Below, piece by piece: positions 54,328 to 63,307 of a stretch of 64,000 bases of DNA. The notes under the pieces are model-generated. The model did no database searches. It saw nothing but the letters and a program-made list of their open reading frames with translations, and was not told where the DNA came from. Origin of the DNA: an uncultured Thermoplasmata archaeon (GTDB lineage: Archaea > Thermoplasmatota > Thermoplasmata > Halarchaeoplasmatales > Halarchaeoplasmataceae). The stretch lies in NCBI GenBank assembly GCA_964394465.1, contig CAYMXS010000007.1:7086-71085 (forward strand). The letters run 5' to 3'. Within the stretch, counting starts at the first letter, position 1. Each line of letters starts with the position of its first letter. Made by a program: the position numbers and the translations under genes.

Positions 54328-57300
54328 CTATCCTAGAAGGGATGACCTTCCCTTCGTTTTGACCGGATGATCCCTTCCTTCGTTCTTAGAGTCGAGTTCT
54401 GTTCTCGTACCTCTTCTACTCCTAGCGTCCGCAAATTCCTCTTCATCGTCGTCTCTCAGTATTATAGCGCCGAAAACACCGCTTATCGTCACTATCAGGA
54501 GGGACCCGATTATCCCTATGACGGAGACGAACCCAACTGGACTTTCATCCTCTTCTTTCTCATCAATGGACCTCGAATCCCCGCTGTTCCTCAGGTCTTT
54601 ACAGGTCATGCCGTCTTTCAAGGTCGTGAGGACCTCGTTTGACCCGTCTTTATCCTGGTCGAGTTTCATAGTCACTTTCGGATTTCGGTCGTTCCTCAGT
54701 GAACTCCAACTTTTACTCGATAGTGTGTGGATAGAACCTCTGTTGTAGCCTATCTCGCTTACCAGCACTTTGCTCTCTTTACCTTTGGGTTTTACATGTT
54801 TCGCCCCCATGTTATACGTCTGATCGGTAGAGCTCTGGACCGAGACCGTCATGTTGGAATAGATGTTTATAGTCGTCGTCTCACCCTGCTCGGTTTCAAA
54901 ACCGGTCATGTTGACGAAGTCTGCGCCGGACTCGTTGAAGTCTCCCAGGTCCATGGAGAACGTGCCGTCTTCCTGTCCCGTTACCGTAACTGTATAGTTC
55001 CTCTCGTCGTGTGGCAGCTTGAAGCTCTTGTGTTCTCCATACACCGCGCTCGAGTCCGAGATCTCGTTGTCAACGCCGTCTCCACCCAGTGATATCGTGT
55101 TCCCATAGGAATCCTCCACCGTCACGTTCACGGGGCAGTTGATGGACAATCCGAAGTTGTCCAGTATGGCGTCCCATATGATCGAGGCGTCGAAGTGTGA
55201 AAGGAAGTAATCCATCACATCTGGGTAGGAAGTAGGCTCGGAGCACTCGTAGCTCTCCATGAACTCACCGCCGTAGTAGACTCCGCCGGAACTATCGTAG
55301 GTCTGGAACCTCATCCCGGACATCGCCAGTTGGATACCGAAGACCGTAGCACCGAGATCTATGTTGAAGCCTGTGCTCTGCATCTTCTGCGATTTGACCG
55401 AGTAGTATATGGGTAGTTTTCCTTCCGCGACGCCTTCAGCTATACCCTTTATCAGGTTCATGTCCACCTGCCCCTCTTCTGTATTATCTGCGAAGATGTC
55501 TTCCCATCTCTCCTCGTATTGGCTCACTGGAAGGTTGAATGTGATCTTGTAGCCGGACTCACTGGTACTAGAAACCTGCTGAAGCGGTGAAAGGAGGTTG
55601 AAGTATCCGTTGACTATCGGAGTGAGCGTTCCAGAACCATCGACGCTCAACTCCAGATTGACCATCTCTGGGAAGCACTGAGGATCGTCTCCGCCTGAAA
55701 GTATGAAATCAGTCATCGTCTCTAGGTCGCTGAACCTGCTTTTCAGTGTGATCTCGCCCTTACCTTCAAACGAACTTCCGCCCAGGAAGGCGCATTCAGA
55801 TGCAAAGCTTCCGGAGAACCTTGCCTTAGTCGCGAGTGTGACGCTTCCATCGAAGTTGAAGTTCACGTACGCCTTACCTCTGAACATGCCGTTCAAGGCG
55901 GCGTTGAAAAGACTGAAGTCCGCTCCCGAGTCATAGTCCTCTCCATCGTGGTTACCTGAAAGACCTATCTGTGGATCCAATGTAGCGCTCCCACTGGCCT
56001 CGCCGTATACTCCCGCATGTATATTTCCGACCGGGTCTGTATCATCTACATCTGGATAGAGCGAGGACTCCAGCAATCCTATCGCCGCATCCGAGAGCAT
56101 GGAGAGCGGGGGTCCTGAAACGTGCATGCCGTAGAGTGCCAGTTTCGTCGAGATGTATGTCGCGACCAGATCTTTCTCCTCTTCCGTCAGGTCCTGAAAG
56201 CCCATGTATCCACCGAACAGAAGGCCACCCACCAAGGATGATTGAAGTGAAGCCTCAGCAGAACCTATCTGTGCCTTGTATCCCGGCTCTATACCTATGC
56301 CGGCCCATGCCTCTCCGAACAGTGAAGGGTTCCCGAGATTGTCCAGTGATAACATCCCGAAGACGTTGGCTTCGCCGTGCAGTCCATATTCTCCACCGAC
56401 CTGACCGTATATACCCAATTTCGTATTCTTCTTCTGTTCCTTCAGTTCAAATGTGAACGGCTCGGATGTTGTCTCGTATTCGACCTGATTCCCGTCGATA
56501 CTCAACGAATCTACACTGACCGAAAGTTCTTCATCTGATATTTCACTCAGATCCAACCAGATCTCCGCCATGCCGTGGTTGGTTCCTACCTGATGTGTGG
56601 TTACTGGGTTATCTGAGATCACCTGAACGTCCCAGGGTGAAACCGAGTAAGATACGTCCACGTTGTCGACCCCGTTGTTCGCCGTGTTCCTCACCTGAAG
56701 GTAGACTGAACAGTTGTATCCTTTCTTTATGTGGTCTTTCTGGAAGGCTCTAGCCACGTATAACGAGCTGCTTCCTTCATCCGCTTCTATAGAGACATCG
56801 TCTACATACCAACCTCTGTAATCGTTAGCGTTGCCATCTACTGAATCGAAGACGAACTTGACCTGTAATTGTTGACCCGCATATTCAGATATATCTATCG
56901 TTTTCTTTACGAAGTCGTTCTCGGAGCCGACGTTTGGATCCGACGTATCTTTGTAGTAAACCTCTTCGCCGTTTATTATCACCTTGACCTGGTCGTACTC
57001 TCCGTCGTAGCTTTCGGTCTTGAACCAGTGCTGGAAAGTCAGTTGTGCCTCACTCGAAGGAGGAACGTAAACCGAAGGGCTGGTCAAAGCTCCGTTGGTC
57101 CTTTCGCCTGTATTGTAATCTCCACTGCCTGCCTGTCCATACCACATCGATTTAGAACCGCTTTTACTGTCACCGTACTGATCGCTTTCTGAAGTGAGGT
57201 GCCATAGACCGGAACTTGTCCATGAAGAAGCGCCGCCTTCAAAGTCCTCCGAAAGTAGAGATTCCATGCCGTCGTCGGCTTCGTTTATCGTCACTGTTGT

Positions 57301-58983
57301 AGAGTAAGAATCGCTCGCCCCTTCGTCGTCCTGTACGGTCAAAGTGACATCATATGTTCCAGGGGAACCGTATGTGTGTGAAGGGCTCTGTTCTGAGGAA
57401 GTAGCTCCATCTCCGAACTCCCAGGAGTAAGAAGCGATGTTTCCATCGTCGTCGTATGAATCATCCTGGAACTGGACCGTATCTTCCGTTGTAGGGTTCG
57501 AGGGTGTAAAACCGAAGGAAGCGCTGGGAGGGGAGTTCGTTTCACTCTCATCCATATCCGCTTTGATCATAACGTCGTCTATATACCAGCCGCGGTAATC
57601 GTTGTAAGAGCCGTCCATGGAGTCGAACTTGAACTCAAGGTCTATCGTCTGTCCCGCGTGATCAGATATATCTATCGTCTCTTTGACAAAGTTGTTTTCC
57701 GATCCGACGTTCGGGTCTGAAGTGTCCCTATAGTAAACCTGGTCGCCGTTGACTAGAACAGTGATCTGATCGTACTCTCCGTCGTAATTTTCCGTTTCGA
57801 ACCAGTGCTCGAAGGAGAGTTCAGCCTGAGTTGCCCCGTTCAAATCTATAGATGACGAGGCTAAGGAACCGGAGGTCCGTGACCCTGTATCGTAGTCTCC
57901 CGAGGAATCCTGGCCGTACCACATGGAATTCGAACCGCTGCTGCTGTCACCATACTGATCACTCTCGGAAGTAAGGTGCCACAGACCACCGGTACCCCAG
58001 CCTAAAGGCCCCTCTTCAAAGTTGTCGGAGAATACGGTGTTCATATCTCCTTGATCTTGACTTATCGATAGATCTTTAGAATAGGTATCGGTCGAACCGT
58101 CGTTGTCTTCGACCTCTAACGAAACCGTGTAAGTTCCCGCTGAACCGTAGGTATGTGAAGGATCCTGTTCTGAAGAAGTCGAGCCGTCACCGAACTCCCA
58201 TGAACAAGAGACTATGTTTCCATCTGAATCGGACGACTCATCGGTGAATTGAATGGTTTCACCGACTTCAGGACTGCTCGGTGAATATGTGAAGGAGGCC
58301 GAAGGGTTATTTCCGCCGTCGTTCGAATCCGTCTGTACACTCACATCGTCCACGTACCAGCCGCGATGATCGTTTGAATATTTATCTAGTGAATCGAAGA
58401 TGAAGTCGATCTCTATTTCTTGTCCTGCAAAGGAAGAGATATCGATCTCTTCTTCAACAAAGTTGTTTTCCGAGCCGACGTTAGGATCCGAGCAATCCCT
58501 GTAATAAACCTGCTGTCCGTTGACGTTCACTTTCACCTGGTCGTAATCTCCTGAGTAACTCTCGGTTTCGAACCAGTGCTGAAAAGTGAGTTCCGCGTCG
58601 GAAACACCGCTAAGGTCTATCGAAGGTGAGCCCAAAGAACCACCCGTCTGTGAACCAGTGGCGTAATTTCCTGTCGAATCCTCACCGTACCACATCGATT
58701 TAGAACCGCTGTGACTGTCACCGTACTGATCGCCTTCTGACGTGATATGCCAGAGACCGGAAGTACTCCAGCCCGTTCCGCCGTTTTCGAACTCCGTCGA
58801 GTAGACCACGTTTGAGTTTTCTAACTCTTGAGTGTTGGAATCAGCTGTTCTCTCAGGATCATCAGCTTTTACCGACCTTACGAAGCCCGTGAGTCCACTG
58901 GCTAAAAGAAGTATCACCGCAGAGACACAGACTATCTTCAACGCCCTGCTCTTCAAAACCTTTTTAGGTAATCTTTCATTCAT
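54328..58983 (-). CDS. Giant surface protein (1551 aa): signal peptide, 3 copies of the ~165-aa repeat alternating with PKD domains, a ~800-aa non-repetitive G/S-rich beta-rich region, and a C-terminal TM plus charged cytoplasmic tail.
   Basis: Repeats GLWHITSEGDQYGDS...; PKD signatures WEFGDGSTSSEQDPSHTYGSAGTYTVSLEVED; C-terminal TM VGFVSVIGIIGSLLIVTISGVFGAIIL. Confidence 0.55.
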   Translation of the reverse strand: MNERLPKKVLKSRALKIVCVSAVILLLASGLTGFVRSVKADDPERTADSNTQELENSNVVYSTEFENGGTGWSTSGLWHITSEGDQYGDSHSGSKSMWYGEDSTGNYATGSQTGGSLGSPSIDLSGVSDAELTFQHWFETESYSGDYDQVKVNVNGQQVYYRDCSDPNVGSENNFVEEEIDISSFAGQEIEIDFIFDSLDKYSNDHRGWYVDDVSVQTDSNDGGNNPSASFTYSPSSPEVGETIQFTDESSDSDGNIVSCSWEFGDGSTSSEQDPSHTYGSAGTYTVSLEVEDNDGSTDTYSKDLSISQDQGDMNTVFSDNFEEGPLGWGTGGLWHLTSESDQYGDSSSGSNSMWYGQDSSGDYDTGSRTSGSLASSSIDLNGATQAELSFEHWFETENYDGEYDQITVLVNGDQVYYRDTSDPNVGSENNFVKETIDISDHAGQTIDLEFKFDSMDGSYNDYRGWYIDDVMIKADMDESETNSPPSASFGFTPSNPTTEDTVQFQDDSYDDDGNIASYSWEFGDGATSSEQSPSHTYGSPGTYDVTLTVQDDEGASDSYSTTVTINEADDGMESLLSEDFEGGASSWTSSGLWHLTSESDQYGDSKSGSKSMWYGQAGSGDYNTGERTNGALTSPSVYVPPSSEAQLTFQHWFKTESYDGEYDQVKVIINGEEVYYKDTSDPNVGSENDFVKKTIDISEYAGQQLQVKFVFDSVDGNANDYRGWYVDDVSIEADEGSSSLYVARAFQKDHIKKGYNCSVYLQVRNTANNGVDNVDVSYSVSPWDVQVISDNPVTTHQVGTNHGMAEIWLDLSEISDEELSVSVDSLSIDGNQVEYETTSEPFTFELKEQKKNTKLGIYGQVGGEYGLHGEANVFGMLSLDNLGNPSLFGEAWAGIGIEPGYKAQIGSAEASLQSSLVGGLLFGGYMGFQDLTEEEKDLVATYISTKLALYGMHVSGPPLSMLSDAAIGLLESSLYPDVDDTDPVGNIHAGVYGEASGSATLDPQIGLSGNHDGEDYDSGADFSLFNAALNGMFRGKAYVNFNFDGSVTLATKARFSGSFASECAFLGGSSFEGKGEITLKSRFSDLETMTDFILSGGDDPQCFPEMVNLELSVDGSGTLTPIVNGYFNLLSPLQQVSSTSESGYKITFNLPVSQYEERWEDIFADNTEEGQVDMNLIKGIAEGVAEGKLPIYYSVKSQKMQSTGFNIDLGATVFGIQLAMSGMRFQTYDSSGGVYYGGEFMESYECSEPTSYPDVMDYFLSHFDASIIWDAILDNFGLSINCPVNVTVEDSYGNTISLGGDGVDNEISDSSAVYGEHKSFKLPHDERNYTVTVTGQEDGTFSMDLGDFNESGADFVNMTGFETEQGETTTINIYSNMTVSVQSSTDQTYNMGAKHVKPKGKESKVLVSEIGYNRGSIHTLSSKSWSSLRNDRNPKVTMKLDQDKDGSNEVLTTLKDGMTCKDLRNSGDSRSIDEKEEDESPVGFVSVIGIIGSLLIVTISGVFGAIILRDDDEEEFADARSRRGTRTELDSKNEGRDHPVKTKGRSSLLG

Positions 58984-59045
58984 ATTAGCCCCTTCCTTTG
59001 CTTCTTCTTGTGGTAAAAAGGTCCCTATGATTATTTAAAGAGACT

Positions 59046-59077
59046 CCGCATATATGCGAAAAGTTTCTAATTATGCG
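59046..59077 (-). promoter_or_regulatory. Second copy of the CCGCATATATGCG-N12-ATTATGCG element, 63-94 bp upstream of the 1551-aa surface-protein gene.
   Basis: Near-identical to the 54212-54244 element in sequence, spacing and position relative to the start codon. Confidence 0.45.
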
Positions 59078-59123
59078 GGGCCAAAGAAGGAGGTAAAATA
59101 GAAGATAAAAGCGGTAAAATTAG

Positions 59124-60323
59124 CTAAACCCTATCTTCTGGCGTGAGTGCAGAGGCGTCTATGCCCGTATGTAATGTATGTCTAGGTCTTACTTTACAAA
59201 GCTGTAATTTCCTCGTTCTATCGTCGAACAGCATGGCAAGACCCCGTTTATACTCCATGTTGCCAACTATTTCATCTAAACTCTCTTTCATGTAGGACTG
59301 TTTCGCCGCTTTCAAGGCGTCCAGATCGTCTTTGGAAGTCAGATTATGCGCCAGGATGATGTCTGCCTGCCTGATAGCGCTTACATGCAGTGCGGAAGGT
59401 TCTTGAGTCGCTAGGATCAAGGAAAGACCGGGGTGCCTTCCAAGTTTGATCCAGTCTATCAAAGAAGGCGTAGCAAGGGTTTCCTCTCCGGACGGGAGGA
59501 AGAGATGTGCCTCGTCTATCAGCATGTAGATTATGGGATATTCTTCCGTTATATCTTTTGTAGTTTCACTCTCTATCAGGCGTGACTGGGCCTGCATCTC
59601 TACAGTGGTGTAGAGTGTCCTTTTGGCCATCTGTTCTCTAGCGAATATCGAAACGATAAGGTTCCTCAAGGAGTACTTACCCACTCTGCCCAGGTATGAT
59701 ATGTCCAGAACGGTTATCTTACCGCTGACCGCAAACCCTTCCTGAAGACCGTCTTTAGAGAATATATCCAGTCTATCTATCATCCTGAACAGGTTCTTCA
59801 AAGACTCTTTTTTACCCTCGTCTTCACCGATCGTATCTATCTTCTTGTAAACATCCTGAAAAGAAAATTTCTTCTCTTCCTTGAGCTCGGAGATGACCTT
59901 GCTGAGCAGTGCCCCTATGGGTTCCGTCAGTTCAAGATCGAACAGCTTGAGCCACTCGTGGACCTCCACCTTATGTAGAGGCAGTTCTAACACGTCGTCA
60001 TGGAATATCTTTTCTCCGGACTTCTCCGTTTCTCTTAGAGCCGCTTTTGGGACCAAAATACGGACTTTATCTTCCCAGCTATCCGGTTCTATATCAAAGT
60101 CGTCCATCCTTTTCAGCTCATCGTATCTATCGTTCTCCTTCTTGAGGCTGTGGAAGACGGACATCGTGTCTACTAAAATCAAAGCTAGTCTGTCGGAGTG
60201 TTTCTCTTCGAGCTTAGCGAATTCCTCGGCTATGACTCCAAGGGTGTATGACTTCCCGGTGCCTCTTTTACCGACCACCAGCATACAGTGAGGAGAAACG
60301 ATATCGAGGTAGGTCTTACCCAT
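59124..60323 (-). CDS. HerA/FtsK-superfamily (DUF87-type) P-loop ATPase.
   Basis: Walker A VVGKRGTGKSYT and Walker B IYMLIDEAHLF; C-terminal LILATQEPSAL. No adjacent NurA gene. Confidence 0.5.
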   Translation of the reverse strand: MGKTYLDIVSPHCMLVVGKRGTGKSYTLGVIAEEFAKLEEKHSDRLALILVDTMSVFHSLKKENDRYDELKRMDDFDIEPDSWEDKVRILVPKAALRETEKSGEKIFHDDVLELPLHKVEVHEWLKLFDLELTEPIGALLSKVISELKEEKKFSFQDVYKKIDTIGEDEGKKESLKNLFRMIDRLDIFSKDGLQEGFAVSGKITVLDISYLGRVGKYSLRNLIVSIFAREQMAKRTLYTTVEMQAQSRLIESETTKDITEEYPIIYMLIDEAHLFLPSGEETLATPSLIDWIKLGRHPGLSLILATQEPSALHVSAIRQADIILAHNLTSKDDLDALKAAKQSYMKESLDEIVGNMEYKRGLAMLFDDRTRKLQLCKVRPRHTLHTGIDASALTPEDRV

Positions 60324-60453
60324 CTCCTCGTACTTCCCTCCGGGATAAGAGACGTTCTTGCCGAGGTAGCAGCATCCTACGGTACCTAGTTCTTCCGCAG
60401 CTTTCTCCGACCGTCCGAAGATCTCGTGGGTCTCTAACAGCTGATCAGCAACC

Positions 60454-60924
60454 TTATCCTTTTACGGGGATCGTGCCCTGCTTCTCCTTCGTCATGTCTC
60501 CAGTGTACTTTACGGTGACCTGTATCTCGCCGAAGTTCTCGTTGGAGGGCAGATCCGCTTTGTTCTCTAAGTCCGTGAAGGTGGCCTCGCCGTCCGAATT
60601 CGTCTTCTTTATCTCGCTGACGCCACATCCTTCTAACGTGACTGTAGCCCCTTCTAATCCGTTACCATTCTGGTCATAAGCGGTTATGGTGACTTCTTCA
60701 CTATCTCCTCCGATCGAGACCGTGTCATCACTTCCAGCACCTTCGATCTCTATATGGTCCAGTTCAGTGGACTCGGCGCCCATCATCCAGCCGGCTATTA
60801 TCGCGGTCCCTATACCCGCTATGACTACGAGGATGATCAGGTAAAGAGGTAAACCCTCTAAGGCGCCTTTACAGTCAATTTTCCTTCTGTTTAATACTCT
60901 ATCTTTCATTTTATCCTTAGGCAA
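60454..60924 (-). CDS. Small secreted or membrane protein with a possible class III (type IV pilin-like) signal peptide and an Ig/CarboxypepD_reg-like beta domain.
   Basis: N-terminal basic region then KGALEGLPLYLIILVVIAGIGTAIIAGW. Beta-rich DQNGNGLEGATVTLEG...TNSDGEATFTDL. Confidence 0.35.
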   Translation of the reverse strand: MPKDKMKDRVLNRRKIDCKGALEGLPLYLIILVVIAGIGTAIIAGWMMGAESTELDHIEIEGAGSDDTVSIGGDSEEVTITAYDQNGNGLEGATVTLEGCGVSEIKKTNSDGEATFTDLENKADLPSNENFGEIQVTVKYTGDMTKEKQGTIPVKG

Positions 60925-60991
60925 TTTAAAACATGATATTTATCTCTTACGATTAAAATTATATAATAAAAGATAGAAATAAACCCTTTCT

Positions 60992-61837
60992 CTATATGCC
61001 TTCGACCGTGTATATGTTGTGGCCGTCTTTGTATATGCGGATGGCCCCTTCGGAGGAAGCGACTATAGCTATGGCCCTGGTCTGATGGGTTATGTATGAG
61101 GCGGCCAGATGTCTTCCTCCTAGCCCCTCCTCAACCAGACCGTTCAGGTCCACATCGTCTTTGAACATGACGTATCTGCCCGCTGCCCTGGGATTACCGT
61201 ACCTGTCAACGACCAGAGCGCCGTCCAGCATGGAATACTCGATGATAGTGTTCTGCTTCTCTTCGTCCAGTATGTTCAGGTCCTCTTTGGAGCACCCCTT
61301 GAAGGGATTACGAACGGACTCGTTCGTTCTTTTCAAGACCTGGTTCACGTCTCCGAGTATCATCAGGCCTCCGACCGGCAGGCCCTCTTTACCCTCTCTG
61401 ACTATCGTCGTACCGATATTGAAGGCCGCTTCCAGGATCTCGAGGTCCAATCGGTCCTCTATCTCCTCTTTGAGGTTGATCACGCCTATATCTTCCATGC
61501 TGAAAGTCAATATGGTGTCTATATCCGTGGAGATGACCACCATGACCCTTTCATCTCTATCTAGGGTACCTTCGGCGGCGCATGACAGGACGATCTGCTT
61601 GCCCTGTTCCAGCACGTCCAGACCGACCGATGGTTTGTTCTTCGTCTTCCTTATCCGTATATTGTCTCTGCCTAAGAATGATGAAAGTGCCGGATGCTGG
61701 GTGAATATGATCAACGGAATGTCTCTTATCCTTTCCGAGAGGTCTTCCATAAAATCCTTAGAATCGGTGTAAAGTATGACGGTAGAAGGGTCTATATCCT
61801 CCTTCATGTTCAGTGTATGCTCTATAAAGTCTGACAT
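60992..61837 (-). CDS. dacZ: Diadenylate cyclase (archaeal DacZ-type: N-terminal pyruvate-kinase-like domain plus C-terminal DAC domain).
   Basis: DAC motifs LDGALVVD...GNPRAAG and GGRHLAASYITHQTRAIAIVASSEGAIRIY (DGA / RHRAA-like). Confidence 0.7.
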   Translation of the reverse strand: MSDFIEHTLNMKEDIDPSTVILYTDSKDFMEDLSERIRDIPLIIFTQHPALSSFLGRDNIRIRKTKNKPSVGLDVLEQGKQIVLSCAAEGTLDRDERVMVVISTDIDTILTFSMEDIGVINLKEEIEDRLDLEILEAAFNIGTTIVREGKEGLPVGGLMILGDVNQVLKRTNESVRNPFKGCSKEDLNILDEEKQNTIIEYSMLDGALVVDRYGNPRAAGRYVMFKDDVDLNGLVEEGLGGRHLAASYITHQTRAIAIVASSEGAIRIYKDGHNIYTVEGI

Positions 61838-61918
61838 GTCTGTGGTCCCAGATTGTACCTCTTACTTTTTATCATTTTCGGGTATATCCGTCAGAAAAGA
61901 GGACTTTTCTCATCGACT

Positions 61919-62824
61919 TCAGAGCTCGTACTCCTCCAGATCACTTGGGATCGAACTGTCTTCGAAGATCGTTCTAGCCTTCTTCTCCAGTTCTTCTTCT
62001 TCACCGGGATGATACCTCGGACTTATGTGTACGAGGAAGAGTTTACCCACGCCGCAGCTTTTGGCCAGTTCTGCTACCTCTTCCATAGATGAATGGCCGT
62101 GCTCCGAGGCCCTTTCAGAGAGTTCCGGTCCGAAGGTGGCTTCGTGTACCAGTACATCTGCGTTCCTGGCTTCTTCCCTTAGTGCCGTAGAGGGCTTTGT
62201 ATCTCCGCTGTAAACTACCTTTTTCCCCTGACGTAGGGGACCGACCACCTGACTGGATCTGATCTTTTCTCCGTTGACTTCTACCGTTTTCCCTTCGTGC
62301 AGTCTGCTGAATAACGGCCCCTCTGGAACCCCCAGTTCTAACGCCTTCGGCTTATCGAACCTCCCTTTCCTGTCCTTCTCCTTGAATGAATACGCCAGAG
62401 AGGGAACGTTGTGGTTGGGCTTTACGGCTTTTATCGAGACATCGTCCCATCTTAGGACCGCACCGGGATACAATTCACGTATCTTTATGGGGAACCCAGG
62501 CCGGAAGTGTCCTACGGTGGCCATTGTCCTGACCGCTTCTTTGGTAGGACCCACCGGGCCGTATATCTCTAACGGTTCCTTCCGGTCGTTGAGGTTCATG
62601 CTCTGTATCAGTCCCGCTAGACCCAAAAAGTGGTCGCCGTGGAAATGCGTGATGAATATCTTCTTGATCTTCATGAAGGATAGAGAAGAGCCCATGAGCT
62701 GTCTCTGTGTGCCTTCACCGCAGTCGAAGAGATACACGTCGCCCTGATACTTCAAGGCTAGAGCGGAAACGTTCCTGTTGATCGTGGGATGACTTCCACC
62801 CGTTCCTAAGAACACGAGTTTCAT
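61919..62824 (-). CDS. rnz: Ribonuclease Z (tRNA 3' endonuclease, metallo-beta-lactamase fold).
   Basis: 301 aa. HFHGDH motif, FLGTGGS N-terminus, C-terminal H...D and HIS motifs. Confidence 0.85.
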   Translation of the reverse strand: MKLVFLGTGGSHPTINRNVSALALKYQGDVYLFDCGEGTQRQLMGSSLSFMKIKKIFITHFHGDHFLGLAGLIQSMNLNDRKEPLEIYGPVGPTKEAVRTMATVGHFRPGFPIKIRELYPGAVLRWDDVSIKAVKPNHNVPSLAYSFKEKDRKGRFDKPKALELGVPEGPLFSRLHEGKTVEVNGEKIRSSQVVGPLRQGKKVVYSGDTKPSTALREEARNADVLVHEATFGPELSERASEHGHSSMEEVAELAKSCGVGKLFLVHISPRYHPGEEEELEKKARTIFEDSSIPSDLEEYEL

Positions 62825-62929
62825 CGTTCCATGAACCCATCGAGCGTATAAAACATTTTGTGGTGTCTCTATTTATGAGGATGATTTAAATACCTCGTGT
62901 GAATTTATGAGGCAAAAGGTGGTTTACTG

Positions 62930-63262
62930 GTGGAGCAGACAGACGATGCAGGTATAGACCTCGAAGACGTTGAAGACATGGAGATGGACGAGGAGATGAA
63001 AGAGAAGCTTCTATCCAGCATCCTGGAAGGGAAGAGGATGGAGGCCTATGCGGAGCACAGAACGAAGGATATGCACTACTGCCACTTCTGCGAGAGGATA
63101 ATCTATAAAGAAGTGCCGGGTAAAGAGGTCGGGGAGAAATGGATCTGTATAGACTGTCTCAAGAAGCTGAAGGAGATCCTAGACACGTTAGACCAATGGG
63201 AGGAAGAGATCGCCCTAGGCAGCGAGATGGAGGAGAAACTGGACAAGGACCTAGGTATATAA
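62930..63262 (+). CDS. Small acidic protein with a C4 zinc ribbon.
   Basis: CHFC...CIDC. 110 aa, E/D-rich. Confidence 0.3.
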   Translation: MEQTDDAGIDLEDVEDMEMDEEMKEKLLSSILEGKRMEAYAEHRTKDMHYCHFCERIIYKEVPGKEVGEKWICIDCLKKLKEILDTLDQWEEEIALGSEMEEKLDKDLGI

Positions 63263-63307
63263 AAAGATAAAGATCTCTAGACCCGTAATATCTCGAGGGT
63301 ATTTGAT

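Noticed and set aside
60324-60453. 143-aa plus-strand ORF (60248-60679) spanning the gap between the ATPase and pilin-like genes.
   Set aside because: It overlaps both flanking minus-strand genes, is Arg/Ser-rich and low complexity, and shows no homology. It is likely non-coding.
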